Source of the DNA: Octopus bimaculoides
Lineage: Eukaryota
Assembly (NCBI RefSeq): GCF_001194135.2
Contig: NC_068982.1
Coordinates: 104,598,991-104,662,990 of the forward strand
Reading direction: 5' to 3'
DNA: 64,000 bases
How positions within the stretch are numbered: position 1 is the first letter of the stretch; every line of letters begins with the position of its first letter. A program made the translations under genes and the position numbers. This document shows, in pieces, positions 61,601 to 64,000 of this stretch. The notes below the pieces were generated by a model, which did no database searches, was not told where the DNA came from, and saw only the letters and a list, made by a program, of their open reading frames with translations.

Positions 61601-63250
61601 CTGGAGGGCTTTCAATTATATAGGTCTGTTTGATCAGAGATGACCTGCTGTTAATGTTTATTGTCATTTAAGTAAAAGATATTTTAACTTCACTTTGATA
61701 CAGTCAACACACATTGTTTCAATACCTCCAGTCCATCAATTTTCATGCTAGTTTGAAAGGTTTACCAAGTTGAACATTGTCCTACATATTTGAAGATTGG
61801 TATTTGTTGCTAATACTGACACTAATGTGTATGGTCGTCACTTAATTTTTTTTTAATTAGTTAGGCGTGTGTCTTAGTGGCTAGGGTGTCACACTTGCAA
61901 TCACCAGATTGTGGTTCAATTCTCAGACTGGATGGCATGTTGTGTCTTGAGCAGAACACTTCATGTGGTTCTAGTACTGTGTGGGGGCTAACATGTCAAA
62001 GAATAAACCCAACATTTCCTCAGTCTATCGTAAAAGGCAATTAAAACAGACTGAGGTAAAATCTGACCTCATAAAACCCTCGCCAACAACAACTACCCCA
62101 AGCACCCATGGGCTGGAGGGTTGTCGCCTGAGTGGTGCAAAGATGTCATCTGCCACAAACAAATGGTGGATACAGTAACGTGCTATTATAGCGTATGCTT
62201 CCATACTCTACTACTACTACTACTAGTTAGATCAAGAATGATTTAACTTTCCTCAGCAATTGAACTTACTTCAAACAGTAATGACTGTTTAAATATTGCA
62301 ACAGCAATTTTTTATTTTTACAAAGAGATTCACAATATGAAAGCTAACTCTACAAAATATCCATCTATCTGCTCAAAATAATATCCAAATCTACCTCGTA
62401 TTACGCTTTTTTTCTTGTTTAGTCAGGGAGGGAAGGATAGTACCTACAATCTTTTGAATTTTTTTCCAAGCCTCAGAGACTGGTGGGAGAAAATTCTGGA
62501 ACAAGAGACCTGGTGGCTTAAATGCTTGCAACAGAATGAACTCTGCTATAATCACCCATGATCAAAATTGCCATATTATACTAGGAAAAGAACTAATGCT
62601 GCCACCACACCTTCTTAACACTGGACTTTGTAGTTTCTTACATACAAAATGACTTTAACTTCTTGTCTCCTAGAAAAAAATGCCATCTCCTTCAGTACTG
62701 TAGACCCACTCAGTTGAAGATCTTAGTGTTGCAATTTGTATAACAACCTCACTCATACTGGTGTTAGCTTTAGGAAGGGCATCCAATTATAGAAACCATG
62801 CCAAAGCAGACAGGAGCGTAATGCAGTCTTTGGACCCATCAGATCCTGTCAAACCATCCAACTCATGCCAACATTAAATGATGATTGTTATAGCCAGAAA
62901 TCCTTTTCTCATAGATCTGCTCAATTAGGAATAATCTGAAACTAAATGACATCTAGAGTATACATAGAAAATCTTCTGTAATTTCTGTCAATGCTTAGTT
63001 TGCTTATTAACATTATTTCATTATTTACTGTTAGTCTTGCTACAAAATATTGTGGATATTTAATTTCAGTGTTCCAATTTCATTTGAAATTGTTTTAAGT
63101 TGTTTGTAGATTTGCATAATGTAGTATAACCAAATATTTATGGTACCAGAGCAGAGCAGAGGTGTTGGCCTATTTCATGTTTTAGTACAGACTTTGCAAG
63201 GATTTCAGACAAGATATTAATTCTATTTCTGACAATTTTTCTATCTGGAG

Positions 63251-63579
63251 AGTGAAGGCATATGGCTTAATGGTTAGGGTATTCGGCTCATGATCATAAG
63301 GTCAGAAGTTCAATTTCTGGCAATGCGTTGAGTCCTTGAGCAAAACACTTTATTTCACATTGCTCCAGTCCACTCAGCTGGCAAAAATGAGTTGTATCTG
63401 TATTTCAAAGAGGACCAGCCTTGTCACATTCTGTATCATGCTGAATCTTCCTGAGAACTTACATTAAGGGTACACATGTCTGTGGAGTGCTCAGCCACTT
63501 GCATGTTGATTTCATGAGCAATCTGTACCGTTGATCGGATCAACTGGAATCCTCGTCGTCATAACCAGCGGAGTAGCAG
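63251..63579 (+). mobile_element. tRNA-derived SINE, related subfamily, with 12-bp TSD
   Basis: Shares the 3' body (AGCCTTGTCAC...GATCGGATCAACTGGAA) with 4345-4726; TSD TTCTATCTGGAG at 63239-63250 and 63580-63591. Confidence 0.8.
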
Positions 63580-64000
63580 TTCTATCTGGAGGATAACTAC
63601 CAAGTATTTTAGGTGATAGGATATATATTCATTAACCATTTAATAGTATGGAAATTGATAAAAGTATTTAATTACTGAATCCATATTAGACAAGAAGGGA
63701 AACAAACTTTTTGAGAGAAGGGCTGTTCATGAACATTGAAAGTGTATAAAGAAACAGATAAAATAAATATCTGATATTGTTCATTTCACCCTCTATTTTC
63801 CTTTTGTCCAAATTATTCTTTAATCTTTATTTAATGTTATGTCATCGTCATCATCATCATTGTTTAACGTCCATTTTCCATGCTGGCATAGGTTGGATGC
63901 TTTGACTGAGGTCTGGAGAGCCAGTAGCTGCACCAGGCTCCAATCTGATCTGGCAATGTTTCTACAGTTGGATGCCCTTCCTAACGCCAACCTCTCCAAG

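Noticed and set aside
1-64000. CRISPR arrays, rRNA genes, prokaryotic operons or defence systems; intronic snoRNAs in WDR3
   Set aside because: The sequence is eukaryotic with no regularly spaced repeat-spacer array or rRNA similarity. No convincing C/D box pair was seen by eye; H/ACA snoRNAs cannot be excluded without a covariance-model search.

Overview
AT-rich, intron-rich animal genomic DNA, not prokaryotic. The repeat landscape (tRNA-derived SINEs, RTE LINE remnants with (GAT)n tails, dense (TA)n microsatellites) suggests an octopus/cephalopod draft assembly; this is inference. Three protein-coding genes were rebuilt by hand from splice sites and reading frames: ARL13B (+, 9 coding exons, 1926-16664, ~441 aa), WDR3/UTP12-DIP2 (-, 25 coding exons, 51811-19631, ~900 aa, convergent with ARL13B), and a fully intronless mitochondrial disaggregase CLPB/Skd3 (+, ATG 55463-57313, 616 aa) head-to-head with WDR3. 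Introns and intergenic DNA hold a decayed Tc1/mariner with perfect TIRs, a hAT-type MITE, several SINE families, RTE and L2-like LINE remnants, and five N gaps. Most unusual: (1) a Penelope-like element in tail-to-tail configuration whose two repeats each carry a tRNA-like Pol III promoter followed by a hammerhead-ribozyme-like core; (2) the intronless CLPB between intron-rich neighbours, a candidate retrogene; (3) two different fold-back elements with internal TTAGGG repeats in the WDR3/CLPB divergent promoter region; (4) an ARL13B whose ciliary RVxP motif reads NVVP. Comparisons with human proteins and published repeat families are from memory, not from database searches.
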